The notes below the pieces were generated by a model. That model made no database searches and was not told the DNA's origin. It worked only from the letters and a program-made list of their open reading frames with translations. Below are positions 6,814 through 13,958 of a DNA stretch of 17,821 bases, one piece after another (within the stretch, counting starts at the first letter, position 1; each line of letters begins with the position of its first letter). Made by a program: the position numbers and the translations under genes. Origin of the DNA: a virus; the IMG/VR virus record IMGVR_UViG_3300001213_000018; one strand, written 5' to 3'.

Positions 6814-6855
6814 TCTCTGCGGCCTTGCGGCGGGTTACCGGGCACTCGCACCCGG

Positions 6856-7386
6856 CTAAATGCTCAATACAGCGGCGTCAGCTTCACCAGCAGCCACCCG
6901 GTCTTCGAGGATGCTGTCGATGATACGACGCTCGTCCGGGCTAACCTTTGGGCTGTTCTTCTTGATGTTCAACAGGTGCTCTGTGGTCAGGTCAACAAGC
7001 CGCTGGAACTTCGTCGGCTGGTCACCGTTTAATCCCTTGGTTCCCCACATGGCTACGTGCTTGGCACGTTCCACACCGAGAACTCGAACCTTCACGAGGT
7101 CGGCGTCCGGGCCGTCAACGCTGATGCCTTCGAGGCTATCCATGAGCGTGGATGTATCCGGTGTGACATCTTCAAACGTCGAGTCAGCTTCACCCTTCTC
7201 ATCCTCGGTCAAATCCAGCGTGTCCAGAGGGTTGGTCTCGGGAACATCGGGAACGCTGTTGACAGTCTTGCTGGCTGACCAGAAACCGAATGCCCCGATA
7301 ACGACTCCAATCAAAAGTGCGATGGCACCACTGATGCCTGTGTTCTTTGTGTCTTTCACGTTTTCCTCCAGTTGGTTGTGCTGCAC
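6856..7386 (-). CDS. Single-pass membrane protein with an acidic extracytoplasmic region, 167-176 aa.
   Basis: GTG at 7384-7386. The GTG at 7357-7359 has the better SD (GGAGGA, 4-nt spacing). One N-terminal TM segment ISGAIALLIGVVIGAFGFW, followed by an Asp/Glu/Thr-rich segment. Confidence 0.45.
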   Translation of the reverse strand: MQHNQLEENVKDTKNTGISGAIALLIGVVIGAFGFWSASKTVNSVPDVPETNPLDTLDLTEDEKGEADSTFEDVTPDTSTLMDSLEGISVDGPDADLVKVRVLGVERAKHVAMWGTKGLNGDQPTKFQRLVDLTTEHLLNIKKNSPKVSPDERRIIDSILEDRVAAGEADAAVLSI

Positions 7387-7388
7387 AG

Positions 7389-7766
7389 TTATACGCTCCG
7401 AGCGGCTTCTACCGCGTCTGCGATTTGGCTTTCGTTGAATCCCCGGTTCATGAGAATAACCTTGATGATGCGGGGATATTGGGTGTAGGCGATTTGATAC
7501 TGAGTGGCGAGAATGGCGAGTAGGTGGGAGGTTTCACAATCCACCAAACGAACCCACCGTAGCTGGTGTTGAGGGCAAGCACCGTTGCAGTGCGTCAGTC
7601 CGTGCTTGCCATAAGTACCCCACATGGTATTCAGGGTGGTTTCATCCATGACCGGAGGGGTTGGCACGGGGATTCTGTCCTGCACCGTAAGAGCCGTGGC
7701 TACAGGAGCAACGGTCAACGCTGCGGTTGTCGCGACTGCTGCCGTTAGAAAGTTTCTCCTGTTCAT
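7389..7766 (-). CDS. Tat-signal (twin-arginine) secreted protein of unknown function, 125 aa. Starts MNRRNFLTAAVATTAALTVAPVATA.
   Basis: ATG at 7764-7766 with SD GGAGGA at 6-nt spacing. RRNFLT matches the S/T-R-R-x-F-L-K Tat motif, followed by a hydrophobic h-region and an A-x-A-like cleavage site. The ORF-track N-terminal extension to 7799 lacks an SD. Confidence 0.55.
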   Translation of the reverse strand: MNRRNFLTAAVATTAALTVAPVATALTVQDRIPVPTPPVMDETTLNTMWGTYGKHGLTHCNGACPQHQLRWVRLVDCETSHLLAILATQYQIAYTQYPRIIKVILMNRGFNESQIADAVEAARSV

Positions 7767-7775
7767 CCTTTTCCT

Positions 7776-7813
7776 CCAAAATAGTCGGGGCTCGGCCACA
7801 CCGCCTCGCCCCG
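7776..7813 (-). terminator. Candidate intrinsic terminator after ku: 6-bp GC stem CGGGGC/GCCCCG with a 16-nt loop, then ACTATTTTGG on the minus strand.
   Basis: Inverted repeat at 7786-7791 and 7808-7813. The T-run is only 4 nt and the loop is long, so this is weak. Confidence 0.25.
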
Positions 7814-7835
7814 GCCTGAAGTGATTCAGTTTCGA

Positions 7836-8804
7836 TTAGGCTGCGGCACCCTTCGCCTTGCCCTTGCTGGCTGTCAGAGCGCCGGTCAGAAGCGACATCA
7901 AGTCCATCTTCTTGTCGGCGACCGGAGCAGGAGCCAGAACTGGCGTGGTCGGAACCTTGCCCATAATCTTGTCGTTGATGAGACCCTTGTACTGGCGGAT
8001 GCTCAGGTCAGAGTAGTCGGCGACGTTGAACGTGCCAGTCATGGAGGCGACCAACTGAGTCGCGATGTCCACCAGAGCGGCTTCGTTCGCACCATCGAGG
8101 TTGACCTTCGTCCACTTGTCGCATCCGCGAACTTCGTTGTCGAAGTACAGGTAGCTGACAATCATGCCACCATCGGTGCCGTAGGGGCGGATAACGACCG
8201 TCTCTTCGCGGCCACGCTGGCTGGTCTTGGCGATGGCGACTGAGTTCTGTTCGACCATTGCCTGACGCAGGATGGCGAAAGGAATCTCGAAGCCCTTTTC
8301 GGGGGCGATGTACTCGGACGCGGCATAGTAAACCGGGTCGATTTCGTTCACGTCAACGAACTTCTCGATGGGCATCGCGTCAGAGTGAGAAACTTGGCAA
8401 GCCTTCTTCTCTGCATCGGTGACCACAGCGAACTTGCCGTCTTCGTACTGGTAGCCCTTGAGCATCGCTGCCCGTTCAACTTCCTCGCTGCAAACTGGGC
8501 ACTTCATCGCACCCTGCTTGAGTTGGTTGTAGGTGGGCTCGGGGGCCGTCTTGCCGTCCGCAATCGCGGCGTCAATCGCGGCATGATTGCAAGCATGAAT
8601 CAGGTTGAGTTCAACCTTCTCCTGCTCGGTTGCCTTGAAGGTCTTAACCTTCATGGTCAACGCGCTAAAGCTAAGAGTACCTGTCCACGTCGCACGAGAG
8701 ACCATTGCCTTCTCGGCGGGGGCGGTGCTCAACTGTGGCTTGGTGGGGGCGAGGCCAGCGGTGAGTGCCGCAGCCAAAAGGTCGGTTTGTGTCATGGTTG
8801 CCAT
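7836..8804 (-). CDS. ku: Ku-like DNA end-binding protein (NHEJ Ku homologue), 322 aa.
   Basis: SRATWTGTLSFSALTMKVKTF matches the bacterial Ku N-terminus (R-A-I-W-K-G-x-I-S-F-G-L-V-x-I-P-V-x-L-Y). LIHACNHAAI...KCPVCSEEVERAAMLKGYQYEDGKFAVVTDAEK matches the B. subtilis YkoV block LHKEDHAPIKYEKVCTNCEK...IVKGYEYVKGKYVVLTDEDLK. ATG at 8802-8804 lies 6 nt after the -10 hexamer of P2 (leaderless). Confidence 0.8.
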   Translation of the reverse strand: MATMTQTDLLAAALTAGLAPTKPQLSTAPAEKAMVSRATWTGTLSFSALTMKVKTFKATEQEKVELNLIHACNHAAIDAAIADGKTAPEPTYNQLKQGAMKCPVCSEEVERAAMLKGYQYEDGKFAVVTDAEKKACQVSHSDAMPIEKFVDVNEIDPVYYAASEYIAPEKGFEIPFAILRQAMVEQNSVAIAKTSQRGREETVVIRPYGTDGGMIVSYLYFDNEVRGCDKWTKVNLDGANEAALVDIATQLVASMTGTFNVADYSDLSIRQYKGLINDKIMGKVPTTPVLAPAPVADKKMDLMSLLTGALTASKGKAKGAAA

Positions 8805-8810
8805 ACTAGT

Positions 8811-8860
8811 AGTATACCGGGACGGCCACCGTTTTGGCTACCTTTTTGCTAATTTTTTCG
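8811..8860 (-). promoter_or_regulatory. Conserved promoter copy P2: -10 TATACT at 8811-8816, -35 TAGCCA at 8835-8840, 18-nt spacer, A/T tract at 8843-8860.
   Basis: Minus-strand reading: CGAAAAAATTAGCAAAAAGGTAGCCAAAACGGTGGCCGTCCCGGTATACTACTAGTATG. Confidence 0.6.
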
Positions 8861-8867
8861 AAAAAGT

Positions 8868-8906
8868 TAAGGAAAAAGACAGGGGGAGCCATGATTAGGC
8901 TCCCCC
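8868..8906 (-). terminator. Rho-independent terminator of the rIIA-rIIB unit: perfect 9-bp stem GGGGGAGCC/GGCTCCCCC with a 7-nt loop, then TGTCTTTTTCCTT on the minus strand.
   Basis: Inverted repeat at 8882-8890 and 8898-8906. T-rich tract at 8868-8881 on the transcribed strand. Confidence 0.6.
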
Positions 8907-8909
8907 GTT

Positions 8910-8948
8910 GACACGGCAGGATTTAGGAGAGGAGAGACTGCCGTGTCC
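8910..8948 (-). other. Perfect 10-bp inverted repeat GACACGGCAG/CTGCCGTGTC with an 18-nt purine-rich loop (GATTTAGGAGAGGAGAGA), just downstream of the rIIB stop.
   Basis: Seen directly in sequence. No T-run follows, so it is not a classical terminator. It could be an RNA processing/stability hairpin or a protein-binding site. Confidence 0.4.
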
Positions 8949-8960
8949 AGATAAAACCAG

Positions 8961-10238
8961 CTAAAAGTCCTCGTCTTCGTCCTCATCATCCCACACTTCC
9001 TCGTCGTCCTCTTCTGTGCTGCTATAGGCCGCACCGGGGGTGTAGGCGTTCGTGTTCTTCGCGGAGGGGCGAGGGTAGGAAACCCCGGCCTGACCGATGT
9101 CGTTGTTGCCCTGAAGGCTGGCAATGGCAATCAGAAGCTGGTCAATGACATCCTGAGAGGGCTTCAAGCACCGCTCGGCGTTGTAGGTCTCTTGCAGCGA
9201 CAGACCAGCAGCCTTGGCTACCTGCCCCAAGGTAAGGCCAGCAGCCTCACGAGCGAAACGGAGCGGGTTGTCGAACAGCTTGGACTTGGACGGTGCTACG
9301 TCCATCCGGCTGAACTTGCGGAGCCAGCCCACCAACCGCTCGGTGGATGCCTTACGGAAGCTTGCGGCGGTCAGCTTGCCACGCCGCATGAGACGCTTCA
9401 CGGTCGGCAGAGCCTTGACCTTGCGAATGATGTCAGGACGCTCGTCCGGAATCTCAATCACCGCTTCCATCATCACCGGAGCATCACCTTCGCCACGGGA
9501 CACCATTTGGTCGGGCTCGATTTCGCCGGTTACTTCATACGTCCAGCAGCGACCTTTGCTGAACCCGTAACCCTCGGGAATCGCAACCACGTCAGCCGGG
9601 TTTACCTTGACAGTCATAAGGTGGTCACCGTTCGACAGGAAGTTCGGAATGTAGCCGCGAGAGCAGAAGTGATAACCACGAGAGCACTCGTTGCGACGGT
9701 CGGGGTCAACAGCAGAACGAGCCATCAGGGGCCGGGCACCGATGTGATTGTCCACGGTACCTGTGTGCTTGTCCTTGTAGTTCGCACGGACGACCTTGTA
9801 GGCCACAAAGCAGCCGTCAGAAGTCAGGCAGAAGCGACCGGAGTTCAGCCACTCATAGACCTCGTTGACTGTTGCCATGTCGGGCTGCTGGTACAGGTTG
9901 TCCATGAACCGAAGCATGTAGTCAACCTTCTGACCATGCTCCATCAGTTCCATAATCTTGGCTGTCAGGACGTTCTGAACCTTGTTGCCCTTGTAGAAGA
10001 TGCCTTCCTTGGTCACCTTGACCTTGCCGTGCGACTTCTGAGCGATTTGCTGCGTCACGTCCAGCAGCTTGGGAATACGGCCCCACTGCTGCTTTTCGAG
10101 TGCCTTCTTCAAAGCCTTGAACGTCGGTTGAGAACTGCTCACCGGAACCTGCTCCGGCACTCCGTTCCGAGTCACAATCACGGACAGGAAGTCCCGCTGA
10201 AGTACATAAGGAATTGCGCTTGCATTTGTGCTAGGCAT
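8961..10238 (-). CDS. rIIB: rIIB protein homologue, 425 aa, with an acidic C-terminal tail.
   Basis: ECSRGYHFCSRGYIPNF vs T4 rIIB TCSRGLHVCSKSYIRHF. NPADVVAIPEGYGFSKGRCWTYEV vs HPRDVVSIPIDYNDAKMRTCQYEV. FVAYKVVRANYKDKHTGTVDN vs FYAWKVVRSNYFDCHSNTFDN. ATG at 10236-10238 overlaps the rIIA stop by 8 nt (ATGCCTAG). SD GAGGAGAGAG. Confidence 0.8.
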   Translation of the reverse strand: MPSTNASAIPYVLQRDFLSVIVTRNGVPEQVPVSSSQPTFKALKKALEKQQWGRIPKLLDVTQQIAQKSHGKVKVTKEGIFYKGNKVQNVLTAKIMELMEHGQKVDYMLRFMDNLYQQPDMATVNEVYEWLNSGRFCLTSDGCFVAYKVVRANYKDKHTGTVDNHIGARPLMARSAVDPDRRNECSRGYHFCSRGYIPNFLSNGDHLMTVKVNPADVVAIPEGYGFSKGRCWTYEVTGEIEPDQMVSRGEGDAPVMMEAVIEIPDERPDIIRKVKALPTVKRLMRRGKLTAASFRKASTERLVGWLRKFSRMDVAPSKSKLFDNPLRFAREAAGLTLGQVAKAAGLSLQETYNAERCLKPSQDVIDQLLIAIASLQGNNDIGQAGVSYPRPSAKNTNAYTPGAAYSSTEEDDEEVWDDEDEDEDF

Positions 10239-12732
10239 TGACTACCTCTCTCTCCTCATCAATTGCAATTACGTTGTTGGTAAGAACGAGCCGCTTGCGC
10301 TGTTCGTCCACTGACCGAATGTAATCAACCATGATGGTCTTCTCTTCTATAGTACAAGAGCCATACGACTTTCGGTCACAAATTTTCAAAATTGGGTACT
10401 GACGGTACACTTTTTCCCATGCCTTGCTGAAATCGGCAGTGTTGTCAATCGTGATACCGAAGTGCTTAGCGAGGGTTGACAGGTTAACGAAACCAGCACG
10501 GTCAGTCTGCTCGGCTTTGTGCAGCAGCATAGCAAACTGGCGAACGGGGCTGTCCACTGAGAGCACCATCGGGTGCTCTACCACGTATTCCAGAACCGGC
10601 TTCCACTCTGACGAGAACGGCTTTACAGTCAGGCTCATTGCCATCTGCTTCGCCGGGGTCAGTTCAGCCGCTACCCGTGCCTTGACGAATGACGTGAACT
10701 CTATGTAGTTCGGGTCAGCCAGCAGTTTCGACCCAACCTTGATGCCGAAGATAGGCGTGGTGGAATCAATCTCAGGGAACAGGTCAGAGTCGCGAACCTC
10801 GTTAACGAACTCCACAAAGGTACGACCGTCGCGAACCTCGTTAACGAACTCCACAAAGGTACGACCGTAGTAGAAGTTGCCCACGACGTTCACGGGTTCC
10901 CCGCCATTCACCACTGCCACGTAGAACTTCGTTGCACTGAAGTCATTCAGCAATGGGTTGTCGTCACCCTTCTTCCACTGCTTTTTCCAGCCGGTGTTGC
11001 GACGTGTGTTCTGTGCATACCGATGCAACTGGCGGATGCTCATACGTTCACGACGAATAACCTGCTCCGCCTTTTCCTGCTTCATCTGTGGGTCGTACTT
11101 AACTTTCAAGTCAGACGCCTTCAACGCCGGAGGATTACCGATTGAATCCAGCAGAGAGATAGCCTCGTCCCCCGCACGATTCATACTGACAGCCTTGTTC
11201 ACCCGTTGAAGCACGATGGCCTTGCTGTACTTGGCAGACAACTCACGGTCGTTTTGGAGCATGAAGTTGACGTACTTGTCGGCGGAGCCACGAGCTATGT
11301 CGTGAATTACAAACACAGTCCGCTCGTTCACTTCGAATTTGATTTCGTAGTCAGACTTCTTCGACACGCCAGCAGCCACGTCACGCAGTGCAGCCACACG
11401 CTTGAAGTTATCGGCAGTCTCGAACAGGGCTTCCTTCTTCGCCTTGCGCTTCGCCCGGTCGTTGTGGCGGAATTCAATTGCGGTGATGTTGTTGTAGTCC
11501 AGTTCGTTGACAGCAACCTTCGCACCCTTCAACTTGAAGGACTTGTACTTGCCGTCCAGCATACCCTTGTTGAATGCATCGTTGACGAGGGCACCGAGGC
11601 CAGACTGCATCATCAATTCGTGAATCTTGAGACGTGCTTCCCATCCTGTCGGGCAAGCATCAACCTTGGCCTTGACTTCCTCCATCAGCTTGTCCTGCAC
11701 TACATCCAGACGTGCAAGAATGTTGGTAACCGTCTTTGGGTCCAACTGAAGGTTCTCACGGTTTGCAGCCACGTTCAGGTCGCCGATGTTGAAGAACAAG
11801 TCAATCGGCATTTCGACCAGCTTTTTCTGTGCATCCGACAAACGGCTCTGGTCAATGTTGCCGACGCTGTAAGGAACCACACCCGAGATTGCACGGAGAC
11901 CATAGCCACCCTGTGCTGTCTGTGCGTTGGTACGCATACCCCATAGTTCGCTCTGAACCGAGTAGGTAGAAACGTTGACGCTGACTGACTTCTCCCCGAT
12001 GAAAACCGGCTTGGGCTGGAAGAATTCAAACACGGTCTTGGCAGTGTTCTCAAATTCCCAAATGTCGCCGGAGGCAACCGGGAACTTGATTTCAACACCG
12101 TTCGGTACGTCTGGCGAATCCACAACCATGTCGAGCGAGGTCGCAGGGAAACCATCCTTCACACGAGCGGTGTAGAAGTAGGTCTTACCCTCGTAGTGGT
12201 TCGCGATGTTGAAACCACCCGTCTCTTTGTCGCCGGTCTGTGAATGTTTGTTGATGTAAGCGAAGGGGCTCTTCGAGCCGAGGCCGAGGGCACCAATGAG
12301 TTCATTCGAGTGATGCTTGTCCGAAGCGAAGTAGGTGCAACCTAGACGCATCACAGCGTCGTAGTCACCCGTAGCATCGCAAGCTTCGCAATAGGTCTCT
12401 GATGCAGACCCCTGACCGACAATGCCGGTACCATTGCATTCTTCGCAACCGCCCTTGATGAACTTGAAGCCGGTACCGTAATCCTTGATTTTGAAGATGG
12501 GTTCGAACTGAGTGGGGAGTTGAACTTCGAAAGGCTCATGCTTTTTGCCAGCCGCCACATGGGCGTCGTAGGCATTGCATGATAGTTCGCGGATAACCGC
12601 TTCAATCTTGCGGCTGTACAAGCCGTTGGACATGATGTCAAAGCTGATAGCGGTGGCTGCGATGCGGTAGTTCTTAGGGGTTGAAATCCCCCCTGAGACT
12701 TCCCCGTCTTTTCCTTGCGCTCCAAGCTGCAT
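10231..12732 (-). CDS. rIIA: rIIA protein homologue, 833 aa, with an N-terminal GHKL (Bergerat-fold) ATPase domain.
   Basis: NGLYSRKIEAVIRELSCNAYDAH vs T4 rIIA [23 protein letters not shown] (GHKL N-box E-x-x-x-N-x-x-D-A). DYGTGF is the G1 box. GALGLGSKSPFAY vs T4 GGFGLGSKSPFSY is the G2 box. Start taken as the ATG at 12730-12732 with SD AGGAGAG. The ORF-track GTG at 12750 sits 2 nt from the -10 hexamer and cannot be the start. Confidence 0.8.
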   Translation of the reverse strand: MQLGAQGKDGEVSGGISTPKNYRIAATAISFDIMSNGLYSRKIEAVIRELSCNAYDAHVAAGKKHEPFEVQLPTQFEPIFKIKDYGTGFKFIKGGCEECNGTGIVGQGSASETYCEACDATGDYDAVMRLGCTYFASDKHHSNELIGALGLGSKSPFAYINKHSQTGDKETGGFNIANHYEGKTYFYTARVKDGFPATSLDMVVDSPDVPNGVEIKFPVASGDIWEFENTAKTVFEFFQPKPVFIGEKSVSVNVSTYSVQSELWGMRTNAQTAQGGYGLRAISGVVPYSVGNIDQSRLSDAQKKLVEMPIDLFFNIGDLNVAANRENLQLDPKTVTNILARLDVVQDKLMEEVKAKVDACPTGWEARLKIHELMMQSGLGALVNDAFNKGMLDGKYKSFKLKGAKVAVNELDYNNITAIEFRHNDRAKRKAKKEALFETADNFKRVAALRDVAAGVSKKSDYEIKFEVNERTVFVIHDIARGSADKYVNFMLQNDRELSAKYSKAIVLQRVNKAVSMNRAGDEAISLLDSIGNPPALKASDLKVKYDPQMKQEKAEQVIRRERMSIRQLHRYAQNTRRNTGWKKQWKKGDDNPLLNDFSATKFYVAVVNGGEPVNVVGNFYYGRTFVEFVNEVRDGRTFVEFVNEVRDSDLFPEIDSTTPIFGIKVGSKLLADPNYIEFTSFVKARVAAELTPAKQMAMSLTVKPFSSEWKPVLEYVVEHPMVLSVDSPVRQFAMLLHKAEQTDRAGFVNLSTLAKHFGITIDNTADFSKAWEKVYRQYPILKICDRKSYGSCTIEEKTIMVDYIRSVDEQRKRLVLTNNVIAIDEEREVVNA
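10791..10868 (-). repeat. Perfect 39-bp tandem direct duplication (2 copies, 10791-10829 and 10830-10868) inside rIIA. It is in frame and duplicates 13 aa (GRTFVEFVNEVRD x2).
   Basis: The unit cgcgaacctcgttaacgaactccacaaaggtacgaccgt occurs twice back to back with zero mismatches. Confidence 0.85.
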
Positions 12733-12752
12733 GGTTTTTCTCTCCTGCACCT

Positions 12753-12800
12753 AGTATACCGGAGACTCCAGCTTTTTGGCTACAAATTTGAAAAATTTTT
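12753..12800 (-). promoter_or_regulatory. Conserved promoter copy P3 driving rIIA-rIIB: -10 TATACT at 12753-12758, -35 TAGCCA at 12777-12782, 18-nt spacer, A/T tract at 12785-12800.
   Basis: Minus-strand reading: GAAAAATTTTTCAAATTTGTAGCCAAAAAGCTGGAGTCTCCGGTATACTAGGTGCAGGAGAGAAAAACCATG. The TAG stop of the upstream gene is the TAG of the -35 element. Confidence 0.6.
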
Positions 12801-13256
12801 CACTTGTTTTTCAACAGGTGTGTTTTCAATAGAAATTCTTATGGAACGGAGCCATTCTATGTCCTTGGAAGTGAAGGTAACAGGCAGATTCGAAGAACAA
12901 TGCTGCTCACTCCAGAACTCTTTGGCAAGGCCACAATGAGCACACAGGTTTGGGTATTTCAAACTAATAACATGCCCGGTCGGGTCGGCCATGTCCACAC
13001 CGTTGCAGAGTGGCTGTTTCATGTACAGGCGAAGGCCGCAGTCACGATGGAAGTAAGTGTCTTCCTTGCAATTGGGGCAGAGCCGCTTCACCCATTGGCT
13101 AGTCGGGTCAACGTCCTTAGTGCAATAGTGGCAACTATGAAGAACTGGGGTTTCCGTCGCAGCGGTTCTGATAAAGCTGACAGCGGCGATGAGGGCTGTA
13201 CCGACAATGATAATGCCGGAGTACCAAAGAACGACAATTCCAAGAGTGGCAAGCAT
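12780..13256 (-). CDS. Membrane-anchored Cys-rich (zinc-finger-like) protein, 158 aa.
   Basis: ATG at 13254-13256 with SD GGAGGA at 6-nt spacing. N-terminal TM segment LGIVVLWYSGIIIVGTALIAAVSFI. Then HSCHYC...CPNC...HRDC...CAHC clusters. Confidence 0.55.
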   Translation of the reverse strand: MLATLGIVVLWYSGIIIVGTALIAAVSFIRTAATETPVLHSCHYCTKDVDPTSQWVKRLCPNCKEDTYFHRDCGLRLYMKQPLCNGVDMADPTGHVISLKYPNLCAHCGLAKEFWSEQHCSSNLPVTFTSKDIEWLRSIRISIENTPVEKQVKNFSNL

Positions 13257-13257
13257 G

Positions 13258-13521
13258 TTATTCCTCCGGGGGGAGGGACTCGAATTCAGACCTGATGTAC
13301 GCTACAAACCGTTTGTGCAAGGATACTACAACATCAGTACCCGGTGGGATTGACTCCTGTGTAAATCTCAACTTCTCCCCGTTAATTGGGACGACACCCT
13401 CCGGGGTAACTACCGAGTACAGGTACCGTCCGTGAAGAGCGGGTGCGAGTGCAAGGGTGAGCCAGCGTTGAATGTACTTGTGGTCAGGTGTGTGTAGTGG
13501 ATATGGGGTTCGCGTGGTCAA
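13258..13521 (-). CDS. Hypothetical protein, 87 aa, apparent TTG start.
   Basis: ORF from the track. There is no in-frame ATG near the 5' end. TTG at 13519-13521 with GAGGA 9 nt upstream. Weak. Confidence 0.3.
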   Translation of the reverse strand: MTTRTPYPLHTPDHKYIQRWLTLALAPALHGRYLYSVVTPEGVVPINGEKLRFTQESIPPGTDVVVSLHKRFVAYIRSEFESLPPEE

Positions 13522-13577
13522 GAGAAGAAATCCTCAGCAAAAGAAGGTCAGAACACAACTAGGGTATCACACCCCGG

Positions 13578-13958
13578 CTATTTGAATCTGGTCGCCTCGC
13601 GGTGAGCTTCGGCACGTTTCCGGAAAATCCCGTTCTGCGCCAGCTTAAGTATTTGTTTATCAACCCTGAATCCCTTTTCGTGGGCAGTGAGAAAAAATTT
13701 CTCGTAGAACAAATTCGACCACTCAGCGTCCCTCCCGTTGGTCGGCCACTCGTATCCCTTGCCGAGAATGTCGGTCACAAGGAAGTGAAGCATGTAGTCA
13801 CGGGTCATGGTGTCTGTGCAATCGTATTTCAGCACATCGTTCCGCGTGACTGAATCTTTACGAGCATATTTAGCAATCTGCTCATAGGTCAGAGTGATGC
13901 CACAGTCCTTGAAAAACTCCCGCATCTTTGGAAACGTCTTGCGAATCTTGGTCTTCAT
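13578..13958 (-). CDS. Hypothetical protein, 126 aa.
   Basis: ATG at 13956-13958 with GGAG upstream. ATGA overlap with the upstream gene. Confidence 0.5.
   Translation of the reverse strand: MKTKIRKTFPKMREFFKDCGITLTYEQIAKYARKDSVTRNDVLKYDCTDTMTRDYMLHFLVTDILGKGYEWPTNGRDAEWSNLFYEKFFLTAHEKGFRVDKQILKLAQNGIFRKRAEAHREATRFK

Noticed and set aside
6860-7438. 192-aa plus-strand ORF with a Ser/Thr/Arg-rich low-complexity product
   Set aside because: Antisense to two minus-strand genes (6856-7386 and 7389-7766) that have SD sites and recognisable signal/TM features. The low-complexity translation is typical of an out-of-frame read.
8385-8852. 155-aa plus-strand ORF
   Set aside because: Antisense to ku and running through promoter P2.
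9192-10241. 349-aa plus-strand ORF
   Set aside because: Antisense shadow of rIIB, whose homology is clear on the minus strand.
10791-10868. Possibility that the 39-bp tandem repeat is a CRISPR or satellite array
   Set aside because: There are only two identical, directly adjacent units with no spacers. They are in frame within a coding sequence, consistent with a simple duplication.
11206-11946. 246-aa plus-strand ORF and other plus-strand ORFs inside 10231-12750
   Set aside because: Antisense to the rIIA GHKL ATPase gene. No independent support.
12733-12750. GTG start at 12750 for rIIA (ORF-track start)
   Set aside because: It lies only 2 nt downstream of the -10 hexamer of P3, so it would be upstream of the transcription start. 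The ATG at 12732 with the AGGAGAG SD is used instead.
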